This document shows, piece after piece, positions 32,124 to 42,964 of a stretch of DNA of 64,000 nucleotides (position 1 is the first letter of the stretch; each line of letters starts with the position of its first letter). The translations under genes were made by a program, and so were the position numbers. The DNA is from an uncultured Candidatus Rokubacteria bacterium (GTDB taxonomy: Bacteria > Methylomirabilota > Methylomirabilia > Rokubacteriales > CSP1-6): positions 944,121-1,008,120 of the forward strand of contig CAVYTA010000005.1 of assembly GCA_963771355.1 (NCBI GenBank), read 5' to 3'. The notes under the pieces were generated by a model that was given only the letters and a program-made list of their open reading frames with translations, was not told the DNA's origin and searched no databases.

Positions 32124-34481
32124 ATGCGCGCGCTCGCGGGCGTCCTGGTCGTGCTCCTCGGCGGCCTTGCGCTCGCCGCCGCAGGACCGCCCGGCCTCGC
32201 GCGCGCCCAGGCGGCGCCGGACCTCTCGGCGCTGGACGAGGCGGCCCGCGACGCGTTCAACGCCGGCGACGTCCCCGGCGCAGTGATCGTGGTGGGCCAG
32301 GGCGACCGGGTGCTCTATCGCAAGGCCTTCGGCATGCGCAGCGTGGTGCCTCGCCTGGATCCGTTGACGCTGGACACCGTCTACGACGTGGCCTCGCTCA
32401 CCAAGGTGCTGGCCACGCTGCCGGCCGTGCTCGCGCTCGTGGACGACGGCAAGGTCAGCCTGGACGCTCCGCTCGGCCGCTATCTCCACGAGTTCGGCGG
32501 GCCCGCCTTCCGTGAGGTGACGGTGCGGCGCGTGCTTATCCACAGCGCCGGCTTCCCCGATCTGCCCTCGCCCACCGCGATTCCCCGCGGCTTTCCCGAG
32601 GCCGCGCGCCTGCTGGCCCGCGCCGATCTCCGTTACAACCCGGGCTCCACCTTCCACTACAGCGACACCGGCTTCATCCTGCTCGGCGAGCTGGTGCGGC
32701 GGGTGAGCGGCGAGCCCCTCGACCAGTTCATGCGTAAGCGCTTCTATGGTCCGCTCGGGATGAAGGACAGCACCTTCCGCCCGCCCACCGAGTGGAAGCC
32801 GCGTCTCGCGCCCACCGAGGTGCTCGGCTCGGGCATGCTCCGCGGCGTGGTCCACGACGGCAACGCGCGGCTCCTGGGGGGCGTGGCGGGGCACGCGGGA
32901 CTCTTCTCCACCGCCGATGACGTCGCCCGCTTCTGCCGGATGCTCCTCCGGGGCGGGGAGCTGAACGGCAAGCGCTATCTCAAGGAAGCCTCCATCCGCG
33001 CCATGCTCGTCCCGCATCAGATCGGCGAGACCACCCGCGGGCTCGGCTGGGACATGTCCTCCGCCTACTCGCGCGCGCTGGGCTCATTCTTCCCGGTGGG
33101 TGCGGTGGGGCATACCGGCTTCACCGGCACCTCCATCTGGATGGATCCGGCCACCCGGGTGTATGTCGTCCTCCTCACCAACCGCGTCCATCCCTATGGG
33201 AAGGGCAATGTGGTGGACCTGCGCCGTCGGGTGAGCGGGGTGGTGGGGGCCGCCTTCTTCGGCGTGAACGAGACGCCCCCGGCGGCGGCGGTGGTGCCCG
33301 AAGAGCCGTTACCCACGGCGCCCGCCGCGGAGCCCCCGACCCCACCGACGCACGCGACCCGTACGGGACTCGACCAGCTGGCGGCGCAGGGGTTCGCCCC
33401 GCTGGCCGGACGTTCGGTGGGACTCGTCACGAATCAGACCGGGGTGGACGCTCAGGGGCGACGCAATATCGACCTGATGGCCAATGCGCCGGGCGTCCGC
33501 CTGCGCGCCATCTTCTCCCCCGAGCACGGGCTGACCGGTCAGCTCGACGTCAATGTGCCGCACGGACGCGACGCCGCCACCGGGTTGCCCGTGTGGAGCC
33601 TCTATGGCTCGGAGCGGCGGCCGTCCCCGGCCATGCTGGCCGGCGTCGACACGTTCGTGTTCGACATCCAGGACGTGGGAGCGCGCTACTACACCTATCT
33701 CACCACCCTCGTCTACATCCTCGAGGAGGGCGCCCGGCGCAATGTGCCGGTGATGGTGCTCGACCGGCCCAACCCCATCACCGGGAAGTACGTGGAGGGG
33801 CCGCTCATGGATCCGGACCTGCGCTCGTTCACCTCCCCGCACACCATCCCCGTCCGCACGGGCATGACCATGGGCGAGTTCGCGCGGATGGTGGTGACGG
33901 AGCGGAAGCTCGCGGTGCCGCTCACCGTGATCCCGCTCGAGGGCTGGGCGCGCGAGCGCTGGTTCGACGAGACGGGGCTGCCCTGGGTGAACCCGTCGCC
34001 CAATATCCGGTCGCCGCAGCAGGCCCTGCTGTACTCGGGCATCGGGTTGCTGGAGGCCACCAATCTCTCGGTGGGCCGCGGCACCGACTGGCCCTTCGAG
34101 GTGATCGGGGCGCCCTGGATCGGCGATCCGGCTGGGCTGGCCGAAGCGCTCAACGCGCGTGGGCTGCCCGGGGTGGCCTTCGTGCCGGTGAGCTACACGC
34201 CCCTCAGCAGCGTGTTCGCCGGGCAGCCGCTGGGCGGCGTACGCTTCGTGGTGAAGGACCGGGAGGCGCTGCGGACGGTGACGCTGGGGCTCGTGGTGGC
34301 CCGCGAGCTGATGGAGCGCTACCCGGCGAACTTCCGGCCGGCGGCCATCCAGAACCTGCTGGTCAACCGGTCCACCATCTGGGCTCTCCTGCGGAGGGAG
34401 CCGCTGACGCGCATCTGGAGCTGGGCTGACGCGGACCGCCCGAGCTTTCTCCAGCGCCGCGCGTCGTATCTCATCTACTGA
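32124..34481 (+). CDS. Secreted beta-lactamase-fold serine hydrolase fused to DUF1343 (NamZ-like exo-muramidase)
   Basis: Signal peptide; ASLTK (SxxK), YSD, GHTGFTG; Pro linker; GLVTNQTG, FSPEHG, FDIQDVGARYYTY, LDRPNP, PSPNI, GRGT. Confidence 0.92.
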   Translation: MRALAGVLVVLLGGLALAAAGPPGLARAQAAPDLSALDEAARDAFNAGDVPGAVIVVGQGDRVLYRKAFGMRSVVPRLDPLTLDTVYDVASLTKVLATLPAVLALVDDGKVSLDAPLGRYLHEFGGPAFREVTVRRVLIHSAGFPDLPSPTAIPRGFPEAARLLARADLRYNPGSTFHYSDTGFILLGELVRRVSGEPLDQFMRKRFYGPLGMKDSTFRPPTEWKPRLAPTEVLGSGMLRGVVHDGNARLLGGVAGHAGLFSTADDVARFCRMLLRGGELNGKRYLKEASIRAMLVPHQIGETTRGLGWDMSSAYSRALGSFFPVGAVGHTGFTGTSIWMDPATRVYVVLLTNRVHPYGKGNVVDLRRRVSGVVGAAFFGVNETPPAAAVVPEEPLPTAPAAEPPTPPTHATRTGLDQLAAQGFAPLAGRSVGLVTNQTGVDAQGRRNIDLMANAPGVRLRAIFSPEHGLTGQLDVNVPHGRDAATGLPVWSLYGSERRPSPAMLAGVDTFVFDIQDVGARYYTYLTTLVYILEEGARRNVPVMVLDRPNPITGKYVEGPLMDPDLRSFTSPHTIPVRTGMTMGEFARMVVTERKLAVPLTVIPLEGWARERWFDETGLPWVNPSPNIRSPQQALLYSGIGLLEATNLSVGRGTDWPFEVIGAPWIGDPAGLAEALNARGLPGVAFVPVSYTPLSSVFAGQPLGGVRFVVKDREALRTVTLGLVVARELMERYPANFRPAAIQNLLVNRSTIWALLRREPLTRIWSWADADRPSFLQRRASYLIY

Positions 34482-34493
34482 GCGCGGCTGACC

Positions 34494-35453
34494 TCATGGG
34501 CGCTCGACCACGCGGGCGCCGCCCGGCACCCGGACCTGCCCTATCTGGCCGCGGGGCACGGTGACGGTGGCAGGGTCGCCGTCACTCATGTAGCGCTCCT
34601 CCCCCCGCTTGTCGAAGTGGCCGATCCAGTACCCGAGCTCGGCCTCGGTGGCCTGGATGCGCGGCAGGTGATAGAGGTCCAGCCCCCGCGCGTGCGGCGA
34701 GAGCGCGGCGCCCCCCGCCACCATCAGGACGGCATCGTGGCGGTAGGCGCTGCCGTTGAGCCCGCCCGAGATGGCCCAACCGAGCTCCTTCGGGTAGGCG
34801 CCCATCGGAAGCGCGAGCGAGCGGAAGCGATAGCCGGGTAGGTGCTTCTGCACCCACTCCTGCGCCTCGAGGAGCTGCTTGCGCACGGTCGCCTCGTCGT
34901 ACTTGGCCAGGTTGGCGTGCCACAGCGTGTGGTTGCCGATCTCGAAGCCCCGACTCTTGAGATAGGCGAGCTTCTTTCCTACCAGATCCGGCTGATTGAA
35001 GAGCCGGTTCGGCGGGCTCGCCCCCGGCAGCACGAAGAAGGTCGCCGCCCGGCCAAAGCCCGGGTGGTCCTTCTCGAACTGCTCGAGGATGCCGACCGCG
35101 CAGTCGGGGTCCACCACCCAGTCGCCGTTCTTCTCGAGATAGCGGAACTGACCGGGCGAGGAGTCGTCGAAGGTGAGAATCACGGGCGTGGTGCCCTTCG
35201 GCAGCGCGATGCGGCCGTCGAGGTAGTCGTTCAGGCTGACCAGCCGGTAGCCGCGCTCCCAGAGGCGCTGGAGGTCCCGCCGGAAGTTGTCCGGCGTGCG
35301 GGTCCAGCGCTCCTCGGGCAGGTCGATCTTGTGGTACTCGAGGATCATGACCCGGCCGAGCTCGTTGCTGGGCGGGTCTCCGGCGCCGACGGCCAGGGCC
35401 GAGAGCCCGAGCACCGCGGCCAGAGCGACGGCGAGCGGCGCGAAGCGCGTCAC
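34494..35453 (-). CDS. Secreted polysaccharide deacetylase family protein
   Basis: Signal peptide; ILEYH, ILTFDDS, IGNHTLWH, ALPMG; GTGA overlap with upstream gene. Confidence 0.88.
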   Translation of the reverse strand: MTRFAPLAVALAAVLGLSALAVGAGDPPSNELGRVMILEYHKIDLPEERWTRTPDNFRRDLQRLWERGYRLVSLNDYLDGRIALPKGTTPVILTFDDSSPGQFRYLEKNGDWVVDPDCAVGILEQFEKDHPGFGRAATFFVLPGASPPNRLFNQPDLVGKKLAYLKSRGFEIGNHTLWHANLAKYDEATVRKQLLEAQEWVQKHLPGYRFRSLALPMGAYPKELGWAISGGLNGSAYRHDAVLMVAGGAALSPHARGLDLYHLPRIQATEAELGYWIGHFDKRGEERYMSDGDPATVTVPRGQIGQVRVPGGARVVERP

Positions 35454-36961
35454 GGCTGGGCGGCGGTCTTCTTCGCCAGGGTGGGCGTCGGGCGGAGGGC
35501 CGCCGCCGTGTAGTCGTTGCGGGGATTCCAGAGCATCCAGCCGGTGGCGCCCGCCTCCTCGGCACCGCGCACCTGGGCCTGGATTTCGCCCACGCCGAAG
35601 ATGCGCTTGTCGAAGGCGTAGTCCCGGAAGTCCTGGAGCCACGGCCGAACCTGGACCGGCATCCCCTCCGTGCGCTTGCGAGTGAGCCGCACGCTTTCCC
35701 GGACGATCTCGTAGGAGTGGCTCACTGGGTTGCGGAAGCCGGGGATCCCCATGTGGTAGCCGGACGGGTAGACCATGGGCGAGAAGTAGTCGAGGTGCGG
35801 CGCCATGTCCTCGATCCGCTGCCCGATGTCGGTGTCGTTGTCGTTGAAGGCGGTATAGCCGAACACGTCGGCGGCGATGAAGACCCCGGTGGGGCCCAGC
35901 ACCTTGCGCGCCTTGGCGAGGAAACCCGCGATGGTCTCGATCCGGACCTGCGGGGTGATCGGCTTGGAGTACTTCGCGGCGGCGAGCTTGCCGTCGGTCG
36001 GGAAGCGCACGTAGTCGAACTGGATCTCGTCGAAGCCCTTCAGCGCCGCTTCCTTGGCCACCGCGATGAGGTAATCCCAGACTTCCTCGCGGGTGGGATC
36101 GACCCAGGCGAGCTTCTCGTTGTCGATCCACGGCTTCCCGGTCCGGGTGTCGATGACGGCCAGCTCGGGATGCGCGCTGGCGAGGATATTGTCCTTGAAG
36201 GCGACGATGCGGGCGATCGTGTAGATGTGCCGGCCCTTGAGCTCCGCCAGCAGCTGGTCGAAGTCCTTCATGATCACCGGCCCCAGCGCCCCGGCTTCCA
36301 GCGCCGCGGGCACCGTGGTGCGATAGGGGATGAGCCCGCGATCGCCCTTGACGTCGATCACCACCGAATTGAGCTCGGTGCGGTCGAGGAGGCTGAAGAC
36401 CCGCTCGCGGATACCCTTGTCGGCCACGCCGTAGTAGGTGAGGTAGGCCGCCTTGACGGTGTGCGGGGAGAGCGTCACCGTGGGCTTGCTCTGGTCGAGC
36501 GCGACCCACCGCTTCTGATAGCCCGGCAGCTTCACGAGCACCGAGTGGTCCGCGCCGACGAGCCCGATCGAGAAGTGCCCCTCGGCGTCCGTGAGTGATT
36601 CGATCGCGCCGGAGCGGACGGAGACGTTGCGGAGGGGCTTACCATCCAGGTCCACCACACGTCCCTCGGCGGTGACGAGCGTGCCCAGCGGCAGGGGCTG
36701 GCCGTCGGCGCCCAGGGCCGGGAGGCTGCCCGGAGCATTGGGGCTCACCTGGCTGGCCAGGAGGCGACCCGGTGCGGCGAGGAGGACGTAGCCGGTGACG
36801 CCGACGAGGGCCACGGTCGCCAGAGCCGCCACCAGGAGGACGGCGCGTCGCCGTCGTGGCGTCTCGGACGAAGGAAGGAGCGTCATGGGCAGGGACGACA
36901 GTAAATCGTCCGCTCGCTCAGTCCGAAGGAAATTCTTCACGCGCGCGCGCCACTCGCTCAC
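35450..36961 (-). CDS. Putative glycoside hydrolase (DUF4015) with N-terminal TM and carboxypeptidase-regulatory-like domain
   Basis: LNSVVIDVKGD, IARIVAFKD, GFDEIQFDYVRFP, SPMVYPS, RPWLQDF, WMLWNP; GTG 36961 with GGAGG 7 nt upstream. Confidence 0.88.
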   Translation of the reverse strand: MSEWRARVKNFLRTERADDLLSSLPMTLLPSSETPRRRRAVLLVAALATVALVGVTGYVLLAAPGRLLASQVSPNAPGSLPALGADGQPLPLGTLVTAEGRVVDLDGKPLRNVSVRSGAIESLTDAEGHFSIGLVGADHSVLVKLPGYQKRWVALDQSKPTVTLSPHTVKAAYLTYYGVADKGIRERVFSLLDRTELNSVVIDVKGDRGLIPYRTTVPAALEAGALGPVIMKDFDQLLAELKGRHIYTIARIVAFKDNILASAHPELAVIDTRTGKPWIDNEKLAWVDPTREEVWDYLIAVAKEAALKGFDEIQFDYVRFPTDGKLAAAKYSKPITPQVRIETIAGFLAKARKVLGPTGVFIAADVFGYTAFNDNDTDIGQRIEDMAPHLDYFSPMVYPSGYHMGIPGFRNPVSHSYEIVRESVRLTRKRTEGMPVQVRPWLQDFRDYAFDKRIFGVGEIQAQVRGAEEAGATGWMLWNPRNDYTAAALRPTPTLAKKTAAQP

Positions 36962-36987
36962 AGGTAGTCCTCCCACCGCGTCTGAAC

Positions 36988-37003
36988 AGCAACATCCTTG
37001 CCA
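36988..37003 (-). promoter_or_regulatory. Sigma54 (-24/-12) promoter
   Basis: Minus strand TGGCAAGGATGTTGCT (GG-N10-GC); 9-bp inverted repeat CCCGTCGAT-N9-ATCGACGGG at 37039-37065. Confidence 0.65.
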
Positions 37004-37142
37004 GGGACGCAAGTGGGATCAAGCCCGCGATATCACGTCCCGTCGATGAAACGCGTATCGACGGGCGGTGGTGCCCGGCTGACAAAAGACGTCCGGGCCT
37101 GAACAGGAACGTCACCCGGCCCGGCGGTATAGAATGCCGCTC

Positions 37143-38015
37143 ATGACCACTACCCCTCCGGCCTTCGGCTGTGTCACGGCGGCACGCAGAGCCTTCGCGG
37201 TCAACGGGCTCCGCCTCAGCGCGCTCGAGTGGCCGGCGCCGGGACGCCCCGCCCTCTGCTTCCTGCATGGCGGCTCCGCTCACGCGCACTGGTTCGACGC
37301 GGTGGTTCCCGCCTTCGTCGGGCGCTACCACGTGCTCTCCCTCGACCAGCGCGGTCATGGCGCGAGCGAGTGGTCCTCGACAGGGGAGTACGCCACCGAG
37401 CACTTCGCCTCGGACCTCCTGGGCGTGATGGAGGCCCTGGGCTGGGAGCGGATGGCTCTGGCCGGGCACTCCATGGGCGGGCACAATGCCATGGCCTTCT
37501 CGGCCTGGAACCCGCAGCGAATATCGGCGCTTACCATCATCGACAGCCGGCCGTCGCTGCCGCCCGAGCGCCTCAACGCCATGCATCGCCGCGGGCATCG
37601 TGGCCCGCGCCGGCACGAGACGTTCGACGCCGCCCTGGCGAGCTTTCGGCTCCTGCCGGCCGAGACGACGGCGGACCCGGCGCTGCTCGCCCATCTCGGC
37701 CACGAGGGGATCGCGGAGCGGGACGGGCGCTTCCTCTACCGGTTCGACCCCTTGACCAGCGGCGAGCGTCAGCCCGTCGACGCCTGGCCGCTTCTCGAGC
37801 GCATCACCGCGCCCACCCTGGTGGTGCGCGGCGAGCATTCACCGATCCTGCCCGTCCCCATGGCGCAGGACATCCTCAAGCGCGTCCCCAACGTGCGCCT
37901 GGTCGAGATTCCCGGCGCCTATCACCACCTGGTCCTGGACGCGCCCCGGGCTTTCAGCCTGGCCCTGGACGGATTCTTGACCGAGGCGCTGGGCGGGACG
38001 GACGCTACTCGATGA
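37143..38015 (+). CDS. Alpha/beta hydrolase
   Basis: LHGG, LDQRGHGAS, GHSMGG, GAYHHL. Confidence 0.92.
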   Translation: MTTTPPAFGCVTAARRAFAVNGLRLSALEWPAPGRPALCFLHGGSAHAHWFDAVVPAFVGRYHVLSLDQRGHGASEWSSTGEYATEHFASDLLGVMEALGWERMALAGHSMGGHNAMAFSAWNPQRISALTIIDSRPSLPPERLNAMHRRGHRGPRRHETFDAALASFRLLPAETTADPALLAHLGHEGIAERDGRFLYRFDPLTSGERQPVDAWPLLERITAPTLVVRGEHSPILPVPMAQDILKRVPNVRLVEIPGAYHHLVLDAPRAFSLALDGFLTEALGGTDATR

Positions 38016-38070
38016 TCTTGTCGGCCCGGGCCAGGACGGACGGGGAGACGCGCGACACCCGCGTCATCCG

Positions 38071-40749
38071 CTAGACCCGCTCCAGGCGGACCGCGCAGAC
38101 CTTGTACTCGGGAATCCGGGCGGAGGGATCGTGCGCCGAGTTGGTCAGGAAATTGGCCGCCGACTCCTCGAGCTTCACGAACGGGACGAACACGGCGCCC
38201 GGACGCACGGCCTCGGTGAGCCGCGCATAGCCCTGGAGCTCGCCGCGCCGGGACAGCATGCGGAGCCGGTCCCCCGTCTCCACGCCCAGCCGCCGGGCAT
38301 CCACCGGGTGGACCGCGATCTCGAGGCGGGGCGCCAGCGCGAGCAAGCCCTCCACGCGGCGGGTCAGGGTGCCGCCATGCCAGTGGTAGAGCAGACGGCC
38401 CGTGTTCAGCGAGAGCGGGAAGTCGGCATCGGGCAGCTCGTCGGCCTCCGCGCCCTGGGTCACCGGCACGAAGCGCGCGCGCCCGCGGGGGAAGTCGTCT
38501 CCGTAGAGAAAGCGGGTGCCCGGGTGCTCGGGCGTGGGGCACGGCCACTGGAGCCCGCCCGCCTCGAGGCGCGCGTAGGTGATGCCCGCGGCCGCGGGCC
38601 AGAGCCCCACCAGCTCGTCCCAGATCTCGCTCGGGTGGCGATAGTCGAAGCCCGTCTCCGGGAGGCCCAGCCGCCGGGCCACGCGCCGCGCCAGCTCGCA
38701 GGTGATCCACCAGTCCGGCTTGACCTCGCCCGGCGGCGGAATGGCCTGGCGGACGCGCTGGACGCGCCGCTCCGAGTTGGTGAAGGTCCCGTCCTTCTCC
38801 GCGAAGGCGGCGGCAGGGAGAAAGACGTGCGCGCGCTCGGCCGTCTCGTGCATGAAGAGGTCCTGGACGATGAGGCAGTCGAGCTGGCCGAGGGCCTTCT
38901 CCGCATGATGGAGATCGGGCTCGGAGAGCAGCGGGTTCTCGCCCACCACGTACATCGCGCGGACTCGCCCGTCGAGGCAGCCTTCGACCATCTCGGTGAC
39001 GACGAGCCCGGGCGCAGCAGGCGGGCGCCGCCCCCAGGCGCGCTCGAAGCGCTCGAGGCTGCTCGTGGAGTAGTCGGCATAACCCGGCAAGTTGGTGGGG
39101 ATGCAGCCCGCATCGCCGCACCCCTGCACGTTGTTCTGCCCGCGCAGCGGCGAGATGCCGGAGCCGACGAAGCCCATCTGCCCCGCGGCGAGGGAGAGAT
39201 TCAGCAGGGCATGGGCATTGGCGGTGCCGTTGATGTGCTGGGTGATGCCCATACCCCAGATGAGGCAGGAGCCGGCGAACGGTGGCCGCGCGTACCAGCG
39301 GGCGGCCTGGGCGATGGCCTCGGCCGGCACGCCGGTCACGGCCTCCGCGTGCTCGAGCGTGTATCCGGCGAGCGACGCGGCCCACGCCTCGAATCCCTCC
39401 GTGCGCGCCGCGATCCAGTCCAGCCGGGCCAGCCCCTCGTCGAGGATCACCTTGGCCATGGCGTTGAAGAGCGCCACGTCCGTGCCGGGGCGCTCCTGGA
39501 TCCAGAGATCCGCCTGGTCGCACAGCTCCACGCGCTTGGGATTGACCACGATGAGCCGGGCCCCGCGGGCCGCGGCCTGACGGAATCGCACGGCGATGAC
39601 CGGGTGATTGGCCGAGGCATCGGCGCCCACCACCATGAGGCAGCCCGCCTCGGCATAGTCCTGATACGAGTTGGACGTGGCGCCGGAGCCCATGGAGACC
39701 AGCATGGCCTCCACCGACGGGGAGTGGCAGAGCCGCGTGCAATGATCCACGTTGTTGGTGCCCAGCACCAGCCGCGCGAGCTTCTGGATGACGTAGCCGT
39801 CCTCGTTGGTGGCCTTCGCCGAGGCCAACGCCCCGAAGCGGCCCGCGTTCCGCGCCAGGCCGTCCGCGGCGGCGTCCAGCGCCTCGTCCCAGGTGGCCGG
39901 GTGCCAGATCCCGTCTCGCTTGAGCATCGGAGTGGTGATCCGGTCAGGCGAGTGGACGAAGCCCGTGCCGAAGCGGCCCTTCACGCAGAGCATCCCCTGG
40001 CTCGACGGGTTGGCGGGCGCGTCCTCCGCCATGCCGGCCAGGCGGCCATCCTCGCGTACCGCCACCTGGATGCCGCAGCCGACGCCGCAATAGGGGCAGG
40101 TGGTATCGACACGACGTGTGATGCGCGCCGGCGATTCCTTGGGGCGCAGTGCCCCGGTTGGACAGGTGGCCACGCACTGCCCGCAGGAGGTGCAGATGGA
40201 GCCCGACATGGCGCCATCGGCGAAGACGCCCACGCGCGCCTCGTGACTCCGGCCGATGAGCGAGATGGCGCCGATAAACTGGACGTCGGCGCAGGCAGTG
40301 GTGCAGCGGCCACAGAGGATGCAGGCCTCGCGGTCCAGCACGAAGAATGACTTCGAGGCATCCACGGGGAAGCGATGCTGCGGCGCCCAGGACGCGCCGG
40401 CCAGCTCGTGGTGCTCGGCGGCCACTCCCACCTGGCCAAAGCCGTTCCGCTCGGCCGCCGGCGTCAGCATGGACAGCGTGAGGTCGAGCACGGCCTTCCG
40501 CACGCGCTGGGCCTCGGGGTGCGTCGTCTCCACGACCATGCCGTCGCGGGCAGGGAGGTGACAGGCGGCGGGGAGCCCGCGCTGCCCTTCGACGTGGACG
40601 AGGCAGGTCCGGCAGGCCCCGAGCGGGGGACGGTCCGGATCCTTGCAGAGCTGGGGCAGAGCGATCCCGAGACTGTTCACGGCGTCCAGCACCGTGGCGC
40701 CCTGGGGAACCTCGACCTCCGAGCCGTCTACGCGGAGTGTGATGGCCAT
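38071..40749 (-). CDS. fdhF: Formate dehydrogenase alpha subunit (Mo/W-bisPGD, Cys-type)
   Basis: 2Fe-2S (LC..GACRTC..AC), 2x4Fe-4S, CPYCGVGC, NNVDHCTRLCHSPS, LRGQNNVQG, FTNSERRVQ, PEYKVCAV. Confidence 0.93.
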   Translation of the reverse strand: MAITLRVDGSEVEVPQGATVLDAVNSLGIALPQLCKDPDRPPLGACRTCLVHVEGQRGLPAACHLPARDGMVVETTHPEAQRVRKAVLDLTLSMLTPAAERNGFGQVGVAAEHHELAGASWAPQHRFPVDASKSFFVLDREACILCGRCTTACADVQFIGAISLIGRSHEARVGVFADGAMSGSICTSCGQCVATCPTGALRPKESPARITRRVDTTCPYCGVGCGIQVAVREDGRLAGMAEDAPANPSSQGMLCVKGRFGTGFVHSPDRITTPMLKRDGIWHPATWDEALDAAADGLARNAGRFGALASAKATNEDGYVIQKLARLVLGTNNVDHCTRLCHSPSVEAMLVSMGSGATSNSYQDYAEAGCLMVVGADASANHPVIAVRFRQAAARGARLIVVNPKRVELCDQADLWIQERPGTDVALFNAMAKVILDEGLARLDWIAARTEGFEAWAASLAGYTLEHAEAVTGVPAEAIAQAARWYARPPFAGSCLIWGMGITQHINGTANAHALLNLSLAAGQMGFVGSGISPLRGQNNVQGCGDAGCIPTNLPGYADYSTSSLERFERAWGRRPPAAPGLVVTEMVEGCLDGRVRAMYVVGENPLLSEPDLHHAEKALGQLDCLIVQDLFMHETAERAHVFLPAAAFAEKDGTFTNSERRVQRVRQAIPPPGEVKPDWWITCELARRVARRLGLPETGFDYRHPSEIWDELVGLWPAAAGITYARLEAGGLQWPCPTPEHPGTRFLYGDDFPRGRARFVPVTQGAEADELPDADFPLSLNTGRLLYHWHGGTLTRRVEGLLALAPRLEIAVHPVDARRLGVETGDRLRMLSRRGELQGYARLTEAVRPGAVFVPFVKLEESAANFLTNSAHDPSARIPEYKVCAVRLERV

Positions 40750-40843
40750 TCGCGGTCCCATCCATCTGTCGTTCGCGCGGCGCGCGGGTCCGACGTCCCA
40801 TGATACACGGTCCGTCCGCGCACGCAGCCGCCCGGGGAGAAAG

Positions 40844-42964
40844 TCACGCCTTCAAGTTCAGGTCGAGGAACGCGGAGGGAAAGTCCCGGAAACCCGAGAG
40901 AATCGACAGCGGGGCGGCCTGGCCCAAGCCGCAGAGCGAGGCCAGCCGGACCACCTCGGCGAGCTCGGTGACGGCGTCGCCCGCCACCGGTTGCCGGCCA
41001 TTCAGCAGCTCGCGAAGCCGCGCGGTGCCCTCGCGACACGGGGTGCACTTGCCGCAGGATTCGCGGGCGTTGAAGTCCAGCAGCGTGCCCACGACGTCGC
41101 GGAGCGAGGCGCGCTCGTCCAGCGCGGTGACGCCGCCGGTGCCCGGATTCACGGGCCCGCCCGGCACCAGGGGCTCGTCGAGCAGGCGTGGCGGCACGAG
41201 GCTGCCTGACGGGCCGCCGACCAGTACCGCCTGGAACGTGTGTCCCCCGGCGGGCCCGCCGCCCAGGCCCTCGAGCAGGTCGCGCAACGTCGCGCCCAGC
41301 GGCAGCTCCACGAAACCCGGTCGGCGCACGTGGCCCGAGAGGCCGAAGCATTTGGTCCCGTGACCTCCGCCGAGCCCCGTCCACCAAGCCGCGCCCTGCG
41401 CCACGATGAGCGGGACGGCGAAGAGGGTCTCGACATTGTTGATGACGGTGGGCCGGCCCCAGAGGCCGGCCTCGACCGGGAAGGGCGGCTTGGCGCGCGG
41501 CATCGCGCGCCGGCCTTCCAGCGATTCCATGAGCGCCGTCTCCTCGCCCAGCACGAAGCCGCCCGCGCCGCGGCGGATCTCCACCTCCACCGAGAAGTCG
41601 CTGCCGAGCACGTGCCGGCTCACCAGGCCCCAGCGCCGAGCCGCGTCCAGGGCCCGCTCCAGCCGGCGCGCCGCGAGGTCCGCCTCGCCGTGGATGTACA
41701 GATAGATGTGGCTGACTCCGGCGGCATAGGCGGCAAGGAGCGCGCCCTCGAGCAATCGGTGGGGATCCCCCTCGAGGAGGTGGCGGTCCTTGAAGATGCC
41801 GGGCTCGCCCTCCTCACCGTTGACGATGAGGTACTTGGGCTCGCCCGCCGCGCGCCGCGCCCCTTCCCACTTCACCGCAGCGGGGAAATACGCGCCGCCG
41901 CGACCCTGGAGCCGCGCGGCCTTCACGGTCTCGATCACGGCGAGGGGATCGCCGGCGGCCAGCGCCGCCGCGAAGGTCGCGTACGAGCCGCGCTGGATCG
42001 CGTCGGCCATGTCGCCGGGGTCGGTGAGCCCGCAGCGGTCGGAGAGCACGCGCCGCTGCCCGGCAAGAAAGGCGGTCACGTCGGCCGGTTCCACTCGTCG
42101 GCCGGCGGTCACCGCGTCCAGCAGCGCACCGACCTCGCCCGGGCCCACGTGGGCGACGGTCTCGACGGCGCCGTCGGGGTGCAGCACGCTGACCGTGGGG
42201 GCGGCCCAGCAAAGGCCCGGGCAACCCGCCGCCACCACACGCGCGCGGATCCCGCGCCGACCCACCTCGGCCGCGAGCGCGGCCAGGGTGACCGCGGCGC
42301 CTACCGACAGGCCGCAGCTCCCGAGCCCTACCGCCAGACGCAGCTCGCCGGGGCTTGCGAGCGCGCGCGCGAGGCGCTGGGAGCCGGCGAACCAGCGGCC
42401 GGGATCCGCGACCTGCCCGATGGCGGGTCCGGGATCGCCCGCCGCGAGCGGTGACGGCATCGGCATGGTCACCGCGATCACGGCGGGTGTCGTGCGGTCG
42501 ACCTCGGCGGGCTCCGGTGTCCGCGGCGGACGGGCCGGCGCGCCCAGCAGCCGCTCCACGTCATCGGCGGCGAGGCGACCGAGCTGGCGTCCGTCGACCT
42601 CGGCCACGGGCGCCATCGCGCAATTGAAAGCGCAGTCGAAGGGCTCGAGCGTCCAGACGCCATCGCCGGTGGTGCCCCCGGCGGTGACGCCCAGCCGCCG
42701 TTCGAGGGCGGCGAGCAATTCCAGCGAGCCCAGGATCCGACAGGACACGCCCACGCAGACGCGGGCGACCCGGCGGCCGGGCGCGGTGAGACGGAACTCC
42801 GGATAGTTGGTGGCCACGCCATAGACCTCACTGAGCGGCACGCGAAGATGCTCGGCCACCGCGGCAAGGTCCTCGGGCGAGATCCAGCGCCCCTCGTGCT
42901 GGACGGCGTGAAGGGCGGGGAGCAACCAGGTACGCTCGCGGGGGAAGCCCTCGAGGGCGATCAC
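40844..42964 (-). CDS. Fused NuoE-like / Trx-like 2Fe-2S / NuoF-like diaphorase subunit of NAD-linked FDH
   Basis: [72 protein letters not shown]. Confidence 0.9.
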   Translation of the reverse strand: MIALEGFPRERTWLLPALHAVQHEGRWISPEDLAAVAEHLRVPLSEVYGVATNYPEFRLTAPGRRVARVCVGVSCRILGSLELLAALERRLGVTAGGTTGDGVWTLEPFDCAFNCAMAPVAEVDGRQLGRLAADDVERLLGAPARPPRTPEPAEVDRTTPAVIAVTMPMPSPLAAGDPGPAIGQVADPGRWFAGSQRLARALASPGELRLAVGLGSCGLSVGAAVTLAALAAEVGRRGIRARVVAAGCPGLCWAAPTVSVLHPDGAVETVAHVGPGEVGALLDAVTAGRRVEPADVTAFLAGQRRVLSDRCGLTDPGDMADAIQRGSYATFAAALAAGDPLAVIETVKAARLQGRGGAYFPAAVKWEGARRAAGEPKYLIVNGEEGEPGIFKDRHLLEGDPHRLLEGALLAAYAAGVSHIYLYIHGEADLAARRLERALDAARRWGLVSRHVLGSDFSVEVEIRRGAGGFVLGEETALMESLEGRRAMPRAKPPFPVEAGLWGRPTVINNVETLFAVPLIVAQGAAWWTGLGGGHGTKCFGLSGHVRRPGFVELPLGATLRDLLEGLGGGPAGGHTFQAVLVGGPSGSLVPPRLLDEPLVPGGPVNPGTGGVTALDERASLRDVVGTLLDFNARESCGKCTPCREGTARLRELLNGRQPVAGDAVTELAEVVRLASLCGLGQAAPLSILSGFRDFPSAFLDLNLKA

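Noticed and set aside
39720..39750. Selenocysteine in formate dehydrogenase
   Set aside because: The active-site codon is TGC (RLCHS); there is no in-frame TGA.
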